Below, piece by piece: positions 57,121 through 64,000 of a DNA stretch of 64,000 bases; the first letter of the stretch is position 1, and each line of letters starts with the position of its first letter. The DNA comes from Vulcanimicrobiota bacterium (GTDB lineage Bacteria; Vulcanimicrobiota; Vulcanimicrobiia; Vulcanimicrobiales; Vulcanimicrobiaceae). The notes beneath the pieces were generated by a model that worked only from the letters and a program-made list of their open reading frames with translations, ran no database searches and was not told where the DNA came from. The stretch covers positions 99,191 to 163,190 of the forward strand of contig CAWHWL010000020.1 of NCBI GenBank assembly GCA_963833045.1, written 5' to 3'. The translations under genes and the position numbers were made by a program.

Positions 57121-57803
57121 GCCTTGCGCATTTTGTAGCCGATGCCGTACACCGTGAGCACATAGGCCGGCTCATGCACGTTCGGCTCGATTTTGCGCCG
57201 CAAGTTGTTGATATGTCGATCCAGGGTCCGCTCGAAAATCGAACCGTCGTCGCTGAGTTTATCGAGCAGTTGCGAACGCGTTAGCGCGACCCCGGCGTTG
57301 ACCGCCAACACCTCGAGGAGGCGAAACTCCGAGGGTGTCAACTGCGCGGGCCGGTTGCCGATGCGCACCTCGTGCGCTTCGCCGTCGATCTCTAAGTCCC
57401 CGATGCGAATAATCGAATGCGGACCGCGCGCTTCGCCACCGGTGCGCGTGCGGCGCAAGACCGCGCGCACGCGTGCGACCACTTCGCGCGGCGAGAACGG
57501 CTTGGTGACGTAGTCGTCGGCGCCGATCTCGAGCCCGACGATACGATCTACCTCTTCCGCTCGCGCCGTGACGACGATCGCCGGGATCCCTCGGTCGCGC
57601 ACATCGCGCAGGATGTCGAGTCCGCTGCCGTCTGGGAGGGTGACGTCGAGCAACATCAGATCCGGCCGCGCTCCCGCCAGCGCCGCGCCGGCCTCGGCGA
57701 CGGTCGTGCAAACCTGGGCAGCGAACCCCTCGGCCCGAAGATACTCCGCCAAAACTTCGCCGATCTGCGGCTCATCTTCGACGATCAAGATCGTGTCCGC
57801 CAC
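57117..57803 (-). CDS. OmpR/PhoB-family response regulator (no adjacent kinase)
   Basis: Receiver ILIVEDEP...LMLLDVTLPDGSG...DDYVTKPF plus a winged helix LTPSEFRLLEVL...VYGIGYK. GTG at 57803; the rest of track ORF 57117..58493 is shadow. Confidence 0.85.
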   Translation of the reverse strand: MADTILIVEDEPQIGEVLAEYLRAEGFAAQVCTTVAEAGAALAGARPDLMLLDVTLPDGSGLDILRDVRDRGIPAIVVTARAEEVDRIVGLEIGADDYVTKPFSPREVVARVRAVLRRTRTGGEARGPHSIIRIGDLEIDGEAHEVRIGNRPAQLTPSEFRLLEVLAVNAGVALTRSQLLDKLSDDGSIFERTLDRHINNLRRKIEPNVHEPAYVLTVYGIGYKMRKA

Positions 57804-57878
57804 GCGTCCTCCGAATGTTCCAGATTCTGAGAAGGCATCTTCCTCAAATGCGCGCGCGCGGCCCGCTACCTTGGTTGC

Positions 57879-58004
57879 ATGAGTACTGAAGGCGGCCGCG
57901 GCGACACGCCGCTCCCCGGCACTTTGACGTTCGTCCTTGCCATGGGCGTGGCTTTCCTCATCGGATGGTTCGCCCTTTTCGTTCTTCTCGCGGAGCGCTG
58001 GTAA
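57879..58004 (+). CDS. cbaD: Candidate ba3-oxidase subunit IIa (CbaD-like), 41 aa, below the ORF-track cutoff
   Basis: MSTEGGRGDTPLPGTLTFVLAMGVAFLIGWFALFVLLAERW has a single TM helix. Its TAA is directly followed by the ATG of subunit II (TAAATG). Position and shape match Thermus CbaD. Confidence 0.5.
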   Translation: MSTEGGRGDTPLPGTLTFVLAMGVAFLIGWFALFVLLAERW

Positions 58005-58472
58005 ATGCGCATTCACCGCTACGAACGCTGGTGGATGGTCTTCGGCGTAACCATGCTGGTATTGTTCATGGCGACGATCTTTGTGGCGGCATTCGCCGAT
58101 AATATCAATCCGCCGACCGGGTCTCAAACGATCGATCCGGCCAAAGTCAACACGACGCCGCCGTTCGATCATCCCGGACTTCACGACCTCGGCAACGGCC
58201 GGTACGAGGCCTACTACGTCGCGTCGGTCTTCATGTTCACGCCGCCCAACTTGCAGGTTCCCGTCGGAGCGAACGTGACGTTCTACGTCACCAGCTCCGA
58301 TGTGGTCCACGGTTTCGAGATCGCGCAGACCGACGTCAACGCGATGGCGATCCCCGGATGGGTCAACAGCACGAGCCACACCTTCCGCACGCGCGGTACC
58401 TATCTTCTGGTGTGCAACGAGTACTGCGGCATCGGTCACCAAAATATGTACGGCACGATCGAGGTTAAATGA
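58005..58472 (+). CDS. cbaB: ba3-type cytochrome c oxidase subunit II
   Basis: One TM helix plus a cupredoxin domain with CuA ligands (VVHGF...CNEYCGIGHQNM). ~155 aa as in ba3 enzymes. Confidence 0.85.
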   Translation: MRIHRYERWWMVFGVTMLVLFMATIFVAAFADNINPPTGSQTIDPAKVNTTPPFDHPGLHDLGNGRYEAYYVASVFMFTPPNLQVPVGANVTFYVTSSDVVHGFEIAQTDVNAMAIPGWVNSTSHTFRTRGTYLLVCNEYCGIGHQNMYGTIEVK

Positions 58473-60109
58473 TGCAGCCCGCCGCGTCTTCAAAGCCCGC
58501 CGAGAACCGCGTCGTTCTGGCCCACATCTACACCGCGACGATCGCGGTGTGCCTCGGCGCCGTCTTCGGCGTCTTGCAAGGTTTCTCGCGCGCCGGCGCG
58601 ATCGACGCGCCCGCGTGGTTCGACTACTACCGAATGCTGACCGCGCACGGCGTGCTCATGGCCTTGGTGTTTACAACCTTTTTCATCACCGGTTTCACGC
58701 TCTTTGCCGCGTATCGGACGATCGCGCGCCCCGATCGCAAGCAAACCGTCGGGTGGATCGGGTGGTGGATGATGCTGCTCGGCACCGCGACCGCCGCCAT
58801 CACGATTTTGAGCGGCAACGCAACCGTACTGTACACGTTTTACGCGCCGCTCAAAGCAAGCCCCGCGTTCTACCTTGGTGCGACGCTGCTCGTGCTCGGG
58901 ACCTGGGTCGTCGCCTTCGAGATCTTCGAGAACGCCTACTACTATCGCCGGAATAATCCGGGACAGCCGCTACCGCTTCCGGTCTTCATGGCGTCAGCGA
59001 CATTTCTTATGTGGATCATTGCCACGCTCGGCGTCGTCGCTGAGATGGCGTTGCTCATCCCGTGGTCGTTCGGCTGGACGCCCGGCATCAACGTCATGCT
59101 CACGCGCATGTTCTTCTGGTACTTCGGGCATCCGCTCGTGTATTTCTGGATCATGGGCGCATACATCATCTGGTATACCGTCATCCCCACGCGCTACGGC
59201 GGAAATATCTTCAGCGACGGCCTTGCACGCCTCACGTTCCTGATGCTGTTGGTCCTTTCAACGCCGGTCGGCATCCATCACGAGTTCACCGAGCCCGGCA
59301 TTGCCTCGGCATGGAAGCTCTTGCACATGGTGATGACCTACGGCGTGGCGATCCCGTCGTTCCTCACCGCTTTTGCGATCTTCGCCTCGTTCGAATTGGC
59401 CGCGATCAAAGCGGGCAAACACGGCTTCGTTGCGACGGTCCGCTCGCTTCCGTGGAACGATCCGTTCTTCTCGGCCGCCGGATACGGTATGCTGCTTTTT
59501 ATCCTCGGGGGATTCGGCGGCATGGTGAACGCCTCGTACAGCATGGACACCTTGGTGCACAACACGATTTGGATCGTCGGACATTTCCACGTCACCGTCG
59601 GGGGCCCCGTCGCGCTGACGTTCATCGGCGCAACGTACTGGCTGATCCCGCGGCTTACCGGACGCGAGCTCTGGGGCCGCGGCATCGCGCTGTGGCAAAC
59701 GCGCTTGTGGTTCATCGGGATGTTGGTGATGTCGCTCTCGATGCACTACGCGGGGCTGCTCGGCGCACCGCGTCGCACCGCGTCCGTTGCCTATGCAGGC
59801 GCAACGGTTGCGCAGTCGTGGCAACCGGCGATGCTGCTCGCGGCGGCGGGCGGAGGGATCCTCTTTATCAGCATCTGCTTCTTCGCCGCGGTGGCCATCG
59901 GCACGCTGTTCCAAAACGAAAAGACCCACGACATGAACGCCGATTTCGCCGTGCCTGCACCGGGAAGCGAGCGCGCGCCGGCAATGTTCGAACATCTCTT
60001 CCGCTGGGGTGTGGTTGCGCTCGTATTAGCTGTGCTCGCCTACAGCGGCCCGTTCATCGAACTCTTTCACAGCAATGCGTTTCTCGCACCCGGCATGAGA
60101 ACGTGGTAA
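58469..60109 (+). CDS. cbaA: ba3-type cytochrome c oxidase subunit I
   Basis: Polytopic, with WYFGHPLVYFWI, HHEF and GHFHVTVGG heme-copper motifs. ATGA overlap with subunit II. Confidence 0.9.
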   Translation: MMQPAASSKPAENRVVLAHIYTATIAVCLGAVFGVLQGFSRAGAIDAPAWFDYYRMLTAHGVLMALVFTTFFITGFTLFAAYRTIARPDRKQTVGWIGWWMMLLGTATAAITILSGNATVLYTFYAPLKASPAFYLGATLLVLGTWVVAFEIFENAYYYRRNNPGQPLPLPVFMASATFLMWIIATLGVVAEMALLIPWSFGWTPGINVMLTRMFFWYFGHPLVYFWIMGAYIIWYTVIPTRYGGNIFSDGLARLTFLMLLVLSTPVGIHHEFTEPGIASAWKLLHMVMTYGVAIPSFLTAFAIFASFELAAIKAGKHGFVATVRSLPWNDPFFSAAGYGMLLFILGGFGGMVNASYSMDTLVHNTIWIVGHFHVTVGGPVALTFIGATYWLIPRLTGRELWGRGIALWQTRLWFIGMLVMSLSMHYAGLLGAPRRTASVAYAGATVAQSWQPAMLLAAAGGGILFISICFFAAVAIGTLFQNEKTHDMNADFAVPAPGSERAPAMFEHLFRWGVVALVLAVLAYSGPFIELFHSNAFLAPGMRTW

Positions 60110-60126
60110 ATTAAAGGAGACCCATC

Positions 60127-60621
60127 ATGTTCAACACCATCCTTGTCGCCGTTGACGCGTCCGACGCAGCCGGCGCCGCGCTCGGCCTCGCCCGTCGGCT
60201 TGCCAGAGAAGACGCGGCGAACCTGCTCTTGGTCAACGTCGTTGACGTTTCTAAGTATCTCCTCGTCTGCGGCTACGAAACGCCGTACCCGGTCGACACG
60301 ATCCAGGTTATGCGCGACGCCGGTGCCGATATGCTCAGCGATGCCAAAACGCAGTGCGAGGCCGATGGCCTCATCGCGGAAACCATTGCCGCCGAAGGCG
60401 ACTCATGCGAAGAAATCTTACGCATCGCCGACGACAACCGCGTCGGGCTGATTTGCATGGGCACGCACGGGCGCAAGGGGTTTGCCCATCTCTTTATCGG
60501 TAGCGTTGCCGAGGGCATCCTGCGCCGCGCGAACGTTCCGGTCATTGTGACGCGTCCGTCACAAATGCATGCACCAACGGTGAGCCGCGGCACGACTGCG
60601 GCGGTCACGACGGCGGCATAA
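60127..60621 (+). CDS. Universal stress protein
   Basis: Contains ILVAVDASD and GTHGRKGFAHLFIGSVAEGILRRANVPVIV. AAGGAG upstream. Confidence 0.85.
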   Translation: MFNTILVAVDASDAAGAALGLARRLAREDAANLLLVNVVDVSKYLLVCGYETPYPVDTIQVMRDAGADMLSDAKTQCEADGLIAETIAAEGDSCEEILRIADDNRVGLICMGTHGRKGFAHLFIGSVAEGILRRANVPVIVTRPSQMHAPTVSRGTTAAVTTAA

Positions 60622-60626
60622 GCGCC

Positions 60627-61046
60627 GTGCACGACGAGGAACGAGTCGTCCGGCAGGATACTTTTGCGCGCTGTCCATTCTCGGACGCAATCGAGCGGGC
60701 GCAAGCATTCCTCGCGCAGTCGGCGCAGCGCGGACGAATCGACGAATTGGTCGTCGGAAGCGCGGTCAGCGCGAGCGTCGTCGAGGATTACACCGACAGT
60801 GTCCGGCGCCACGAGGCGCTGGAGTTCCACTGGCGTCCGCGCTCGTCACTATTTCCCGCCGGCCGCGCGCTTTTGACCGTACGTCCTCACGCGCCGCAAG
60901 GTACGCAACTGCAATTCAGCATCGCGTATACGCCGCCATTCGGCGCGGCCGGTCGTCTATTCGACGCGTGCATCGGACGATACATCGCATGGATGACGAC
61001 CGCGCTTCTGCTGCGCCGCCTGCGGCGCGAGGTCGAACGCCTATAG
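60627..61046 (+). CDS. Uncharacterised protein, paralog 3 of the three-member family
   Basis: FARCPFSD...FHWRPRSSLFPAGRALLTV...SIAYTPPFGAAGRLFDACIGRYIA. GTG start 5 nt after the usp stop. Confidence 0.5.
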   Translation: MHDEERVVRQDTFARCPFSDAIERAQAFLAQSAQRGRIDELVVGSAVSASVVEDYTDSVRRHEALEFHWRPRSSLFPAGRALLTVRPHAPQGTQLQFSIAYTPPFGAAGRLFDACIGRYIAWMTTALLLRRLRREVERL

Positions 61047-61628
61047 CCACCAATGCGCGCCGAGCGCCATATTGAACGTCGCCGCATACGTGCAGTACAT
61101 CAGCCAGATCCCGGTTACCAGGTGGAAGAATCCCAGCGGCTTCGACGAGTGCACCACGCCGAACCGTTCCAATCCCTCGGAGATGTAGACCAGCACGAGA
61201 CCGAGGAATATCAGCGCCACCGGAATGTCACCCGCCGTCCAAAAGACGAGCAGGCCCAAGAGCGAGATCAAGGTGAAGGCGATCGTCATCCACGCTTCGG
61301 GCGCGCCATCTCCGGCCACCAGGCGGCGTCCCCCGAGCGCGAACCAATGCACGCCGTAAGCTGTGAACGCAAGGCCGGCCATGTAGAGCGGCGCGCCCTT
61401 GAAGACTTGGAACCAGGTTAGCCCGACGAAGATGTACGTGCCGGCGACGAGCTGCATGAAGCCGGGCATCCACACGCCCCACAACCCCATGCTTCGATCG
61501 ACCTCCGGTGTCGAACGCGGCCAGCCAAAAAACTCTTGGCCGCCGAAAATAAAATAGCCCGTGCCAAGCCCGAAAAAGCCAATCGCCAACGGCACGTACG
61601 CTGACGGCTGGAGTGCGAACATAGACAT
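61041..61628 (-). CDS. GPR1/FUN34/YaaH-family (SatP-like) acetate/succinate channel
   Basis: YVPLAIGFFGLGTG (compare NPAPLGLMGFG), QLVAG and AFTAYGVHWFALG (compare AFTSYGSFWL), with 6 TM segments. Start trimmed to the ATG at 61628. Confidence 0.55.
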   Translation of the reverse strand: MSMFALQPSAYVPLAIGFFGLGTGYFIFGGQEFFGWPRSTPEVDRSMGLWGVWMPGFMQLVAGTYIFVGLTWFQVFKGAPLYMAGLAFTAYGVHWFALGGRRLVAGDGAPEAWMTIAFTLISLLGLLVFWTAGDIPVALIFLGLVLVYISEGLERFGVVHSSKPLGFFHLVTGIWLMYCTYAATFNMALGAHWWL

Positions 61629-61677
61629 GGCGGAATTGTACCACCGGACCGTACCGCCTAAACCAGCCCCTCGGTCC

Positions 61678-62679
61678 CTAGGAAACGTGCAAGACCGCGG
61701 CTCCGCGAAGCTCGTCGTGCTTGAGCATCGAGAGGGCGCGATTGGCTTCGTCGAGCGCCATCGGCACGGTGAAGCTCTTGATCGGGATCTCGCCCGCGAT
61801 GCGCAAAAATTCTTCGCCGTCGGCGCGCGTGTTTGCCGTGACGCTACGTAACTCTCGTTCGTAGAACAGCTCGCGCTCGTAGTTGAGCGAGGGGATGTCG
61901 GTGAGATAGATCCCAGCGATGGCGAGAATGCCGCCGCGATCGAGCGCACGCAGCGCCGGCGGTACCAGTTCACCTGCCGGCGCGAACATGATGCCCGCAT
62001 CGAGTGGTTGCGGCGGCGTATCCGAAGCTTCACCGATCCAGTCCGCCCCGAGCTCGTTAGCCAGGTCCCGGTGAATCCCGGCGCGGCTCATCACGTAGAC
62101 CGTGCACGTCCAATGCTTGAGTACCTGGAGCGCGAGGTGCGCCGAACCGCCGAAACCATACAGGCCCACCGTCATACCGGGGGCCACGCCGGCTCGTTTG
62201 ATCGCGCGAAAACCGATGATTCCCGCACACAGCAGCGGGGATGCCGCTTCGTCGCCGATCGCGTCGGGAAGCGCGTAGGCGTAGGCCTCGCGTACGGTTG
62301 CGAACTCCGCGTAGCCGCCGTTGTGATCCCAGCCGGTGAAGCGCGCGTTCGGGCAGAGATTCTCACGCTTGCGGCTACAGAATTTACAAGTGCCGTCGGT
62401 TTCGCGAAGCCAGGCGATTCCGACACGATCGCCGAGTTTGAACCGAGCGCATGACGCGCCCATTTGCTCCACCACGCCGACGACTTCGTGACCGGGAACC
62501 ATCGACGGATGCTTGGGCGGAAGGTCGCCTTCGGTCACGTGCAAGTCGGTGCGGCAGACGCCGCACGTGCGCACGCGCACGAGCAGTTCGTCGTCGGCCG
62601 GTACCGGTCGCTCGAGATCTCTGAGCACCAGCGGGTTGGTTTCGATCGGCGCGGGCCGCTCGAGTACCATGGCGCGCAC
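61678..62679 (-). CDS. Zn-dependent alcohol dehydrogenase
   Basis: Contains CGVCRTDLH, GHEVVG, the structural zinc site C.FC.....C, and GFGGSAHLA. Confidence 0.85.
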   Translation of the reverse strand: MRAMVLERPAPIETNPLVLRDLERPVPADDELLVRVRTCGVCRTDLHVTEGDLPPKHPSMVPGHEVVGVVEQMGASCARFKLGDRVGIAWLRETDGTCKFCSRKRENLCPNARFTGWDHNGGYAEFATVREAYAYALPDAIGDEAASPLLCAGIIGFRAIKRAGVAPGMTVGLYGFGGSAHLALQVLKHWTCTVYVMSRAGIHRDLANELGADWIGEASDTPPQPLDAGIMFAPAGELVPPALRALDRGGILAIAGIYLTDIPSLNYERELFYERELRSVTANTRADGEEFLRIAGEIPIKSFTVPMALDEANRALSMLKHDELRGAAVLHVS

Positions 62680-62680
62680 G

Positions 62681-63319
62681 TTACGGCGGTCCGAGTTCTT
62701 CGAAGCGCTTGATCTCGTCGGCCGTAATCGGCGTGACTTTGGCGATCAGCTTTCCGGAGATCCAGCGCATCCAAATCTTCTGGCCTCCCGAGATATCGTA
62801 CGAAGAGCCGTCGATCATCGCCACATGCACCGGCAGCGCCGGATCGGAAAGGCGATAGACATTCATGCGCACGCCGTCGAACGGATCGACTGCAATATCA
62901 CCTTCGGTTCCGCGCACCCCGATCTGCCCGGTCGGCGTGGTGAAGGTGAAATCCGCGCGTGCTCCGCCCGGATGCACGACCCGAAAGCGCAGCTTGCCCT
63001 CAAAGACCACGAAGTGCGCGCGCGCAACATCCGTCTGCGAAAACGTGTCGAGTTTGAGCACACTATTGCTGGCCATGAGGATCTGCGACGAATCGGGTAA
63101 GTCGATCGCCGCCATCGACGCCGCGCCGGTGCGCGCCACGTCGTCATCCGCAAGTGCCGTCGAGGCCGTGGGCGCGAGCGAGATGGCGGGCGGCCCTGTG
63201 CCGGTCACCCAGCTCACGACGCCGTGGAGATTCTGCAGGACGCGATCGGCCGCCGCATCCGCGCGCAAGGCGAACGCGCTGAGTAGACAGAGGCCCATGA
63301 TCCCCAGGTAATTCTTCAT
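62681..63319 (-). CDS. Secreted FecR-domain protein
   Basis: Signal peptide MKNYLGIMGLCLLSAFALRADA, plus ...SVLKLD...GKLRFRV...FTTPTGQIGVRGTE (FecR-like). GGAG upstream of the ATG at 63319. Confidence 0.55.
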   Translation of the reverse strand: MKNYLGIMGLCLLSAFALRADAAADRVLQNLHGVVSWVTGTGPPAISLAPTASTALADDDVARTGAASMAAIDLPDSSQILMASNSVLKLDTFSQTDVARAHFVVFEGKLRFRVVHPGGARADFTFTTPTGQIGVRGTEGDIAVDPFDGVRMNVYRLSDPALPVHVAMIDGSSYDISGGQKIWMRWISGKLIAKVTPITADEIKRFEELGPP

Positions 63320-63341
63320 AGCCGCTCCAATCGGAGACGGG

Positions 63342-63959
63342 ATGTGCGGACGCTTTACCCTAACTGACCCGTTACGCATCAGCGCACGGTATCCCCGGTA
63401 TCGCTTCGAGGAATTCAGCGAGTATCGCCTTCCGCGCTTCAACATTGCCCCCACCCAGGCCGTGCTCGGCGTTCGTAACGATGGCAAGAACGAAGTGATT
63501 CCGCTGGAGTGGGGCATCGAAGGACGCATCAACGCGCGCGCTGAGACGGTCGCTTCGCATCCGCTGGCTTTTCGCTGCATTATTTTCGCCGACGGCTTCT
63601 ATGAATGGCGCGGGCGTAAGCCGGTGTACTACACGATGAAGGACGAACGGGTCTTTGCCTTTGCCGGCATTTGGAATCCGGTCGCGCAAGGCCCGACGCC
63701 ATGCGCGATCGTCACCTGTCCGCCCAACGAATTGGTTGCAGGCGTGCACGACCGCATGCCGGCCATTTTAAAGGATGATGAACTCGAGAAGTGGCTTGCA
63801 TATGAAGATCTACCTCCGGCCGAGGCTCGCGCGCTCTTACGCCCGTACGATGCCGCTGCGATGGAGGCGCGCGACGCCTCAATGCGATTGAACGACGCGC
63901 GCTACGACGCACCCGACGTGCTCATCGACAACGACCCAGTCCAAGAGACATTGTTCTAA
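63342..63959 (+). CDS. SOS-response-associated peptidase (SRAP/YedK family, abasic-site processing)
   Basis: N-terminal MCGRF, plus NIAPTQ, FYEW and HDRMP motifs. Confidence 0.85.
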   Translation: MCGRFTLTDPLRISARYPRYRFEEFSEYRLPRFNIAPTQAVLGVRNDGKNEVIPLEWGIEGRINARAETVASHPLAFRCIIFADGFYEWRGRKPVYYTMKDERVFAFAGIWNPVAQGPTPCAIVTCPPNELVAGVHDRMPAILKDDELEKWLAYEDLPPAEARALLRPYDAAAMEARDASMRLNDARYDAPDVLIDNDPVQETLF

Positions 63960-63963
63960 CACT

Positions 63964-63982
63964 CTTGTCATCCCGAGCGTAG
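63964..63982. repeat. 19-nt repeat CTTGTCATCCCGAGCGTAG, copy 2 (element runs off the window)
   Basis: Exact match to 18797-18815. Begins 5 nt after the SRAP stop. Confidence 0.6.
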
Positions 63983-64000
63983 GCGCGCAGCGCCGTAGTC

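Noticed and set aside
57848-57862. An alternating (GC)n tract (gcgcgcgcgcg) upstream of cbaD, as a Z-DNA or regulatory element.
   Set aside because: The tract is very short and such runs are common in GC-rich intergenic DNA.
61041-61046. Palindromic overlapping stop codons CTATAG (paralog 3 / SatP-like), with CTAG stop overlaps at 51177-51180 and 57117-57120.
   Set aside because: This is a trivial consequence of convergent genes both ending in TAG, and no further structure surrounds them.
61041-61628. Initial reading of this membrane protein as an AmiS/UreI urea/amide channel, because of the ...HWWL C-terminus.
   Set aside because: The motifs PLAIGFFGLG, QLVAG and AFTAYGVHWFALG fit the GPR1/FUN34/YaaH (SatP) family better. 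It still needs an HMM check.
1-64000. A search by eye for CRISPR arrays, tRNA/rRNA genes, riboswitch-length leaders, integrases, transposases and toxin-antitoxin or defence cassettes.
   Set aside because: None was recognised. Intergenic regions are mostly under 130 nt, and the only sizeable structured non-coding region is 18736-19016. A tRNAscan, Rfam or defence-finder run would be needed to exclude them formally.

Overview
GC-rich bacterial chromosomal segment with about 75 densely packed genes, many translationally coupled through ATGA/GTGA overlaps. I found no rRNA, tRNA, CRISPR array, transposase or integrase. Most long antisense ORFs in the track are shadow ORFs typical of high-GC DNA. 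Layout: (1) 1-11.4 kb holds three frame-disrupted genes (an outer-membrane barrel, a CYTH-like gene and an ABC binding protein) interleaved with intact genes. The intact genes are a split ChrA pair, a GNAT, a TetR regulator, a two-subunit acyl-CoA dehydrogenase and a Liv-type ABC importer. (2) 11.5-20.8 kb is signalling and envelope: a MASE1-PAS-PP2C-kinase fusion, a tandem PilZ protein, a lipoprotein, an orphan ABC ATPase pair, bdhA, a beta-barrel OMP, a highly structured repeat-bearing intergenic element, and a GAF kinase with a LuxR regulator. (3) 20.9-33.3 kb holds two more Liv-type importers (one without ATPases) fused to an acyl-CoA module of two alpha/beta hydrolases, a CoA ligase, a MaoC dehydratase and a thioesterase. 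(4) 33.3-36.7 kb holds a secreted bicupin, a secreted hypothetical protein and Kup. (5) 36.7-44.6 kb is a form I aerobic CO dehydrogenase cluster, coxMSL-G-xdhC-D-E-F. (6) 44.6-64 kb looks like an energy-limitation or redox island. It contains phosphoketolase, a PAS kinase with two receiver proteins, an adh-aldh-DUF779-ackA operon, NRAMP, an orphan OmpR regulator, a ba3-type oxidase with an unlisted subunit IIa ORF, USP, a SatP-like channel, a second ADH, a FecR-like protein and an SRAP peptidase. The most novel candidates are three paralogs of an uncharacterised ~140-160 aa protein family scattered through the island, and a 59-aa stand-alone H-box (DHp-only) ORF beside the kinase operon. All functional calls rest on motif recognition by eye; no database search was run.
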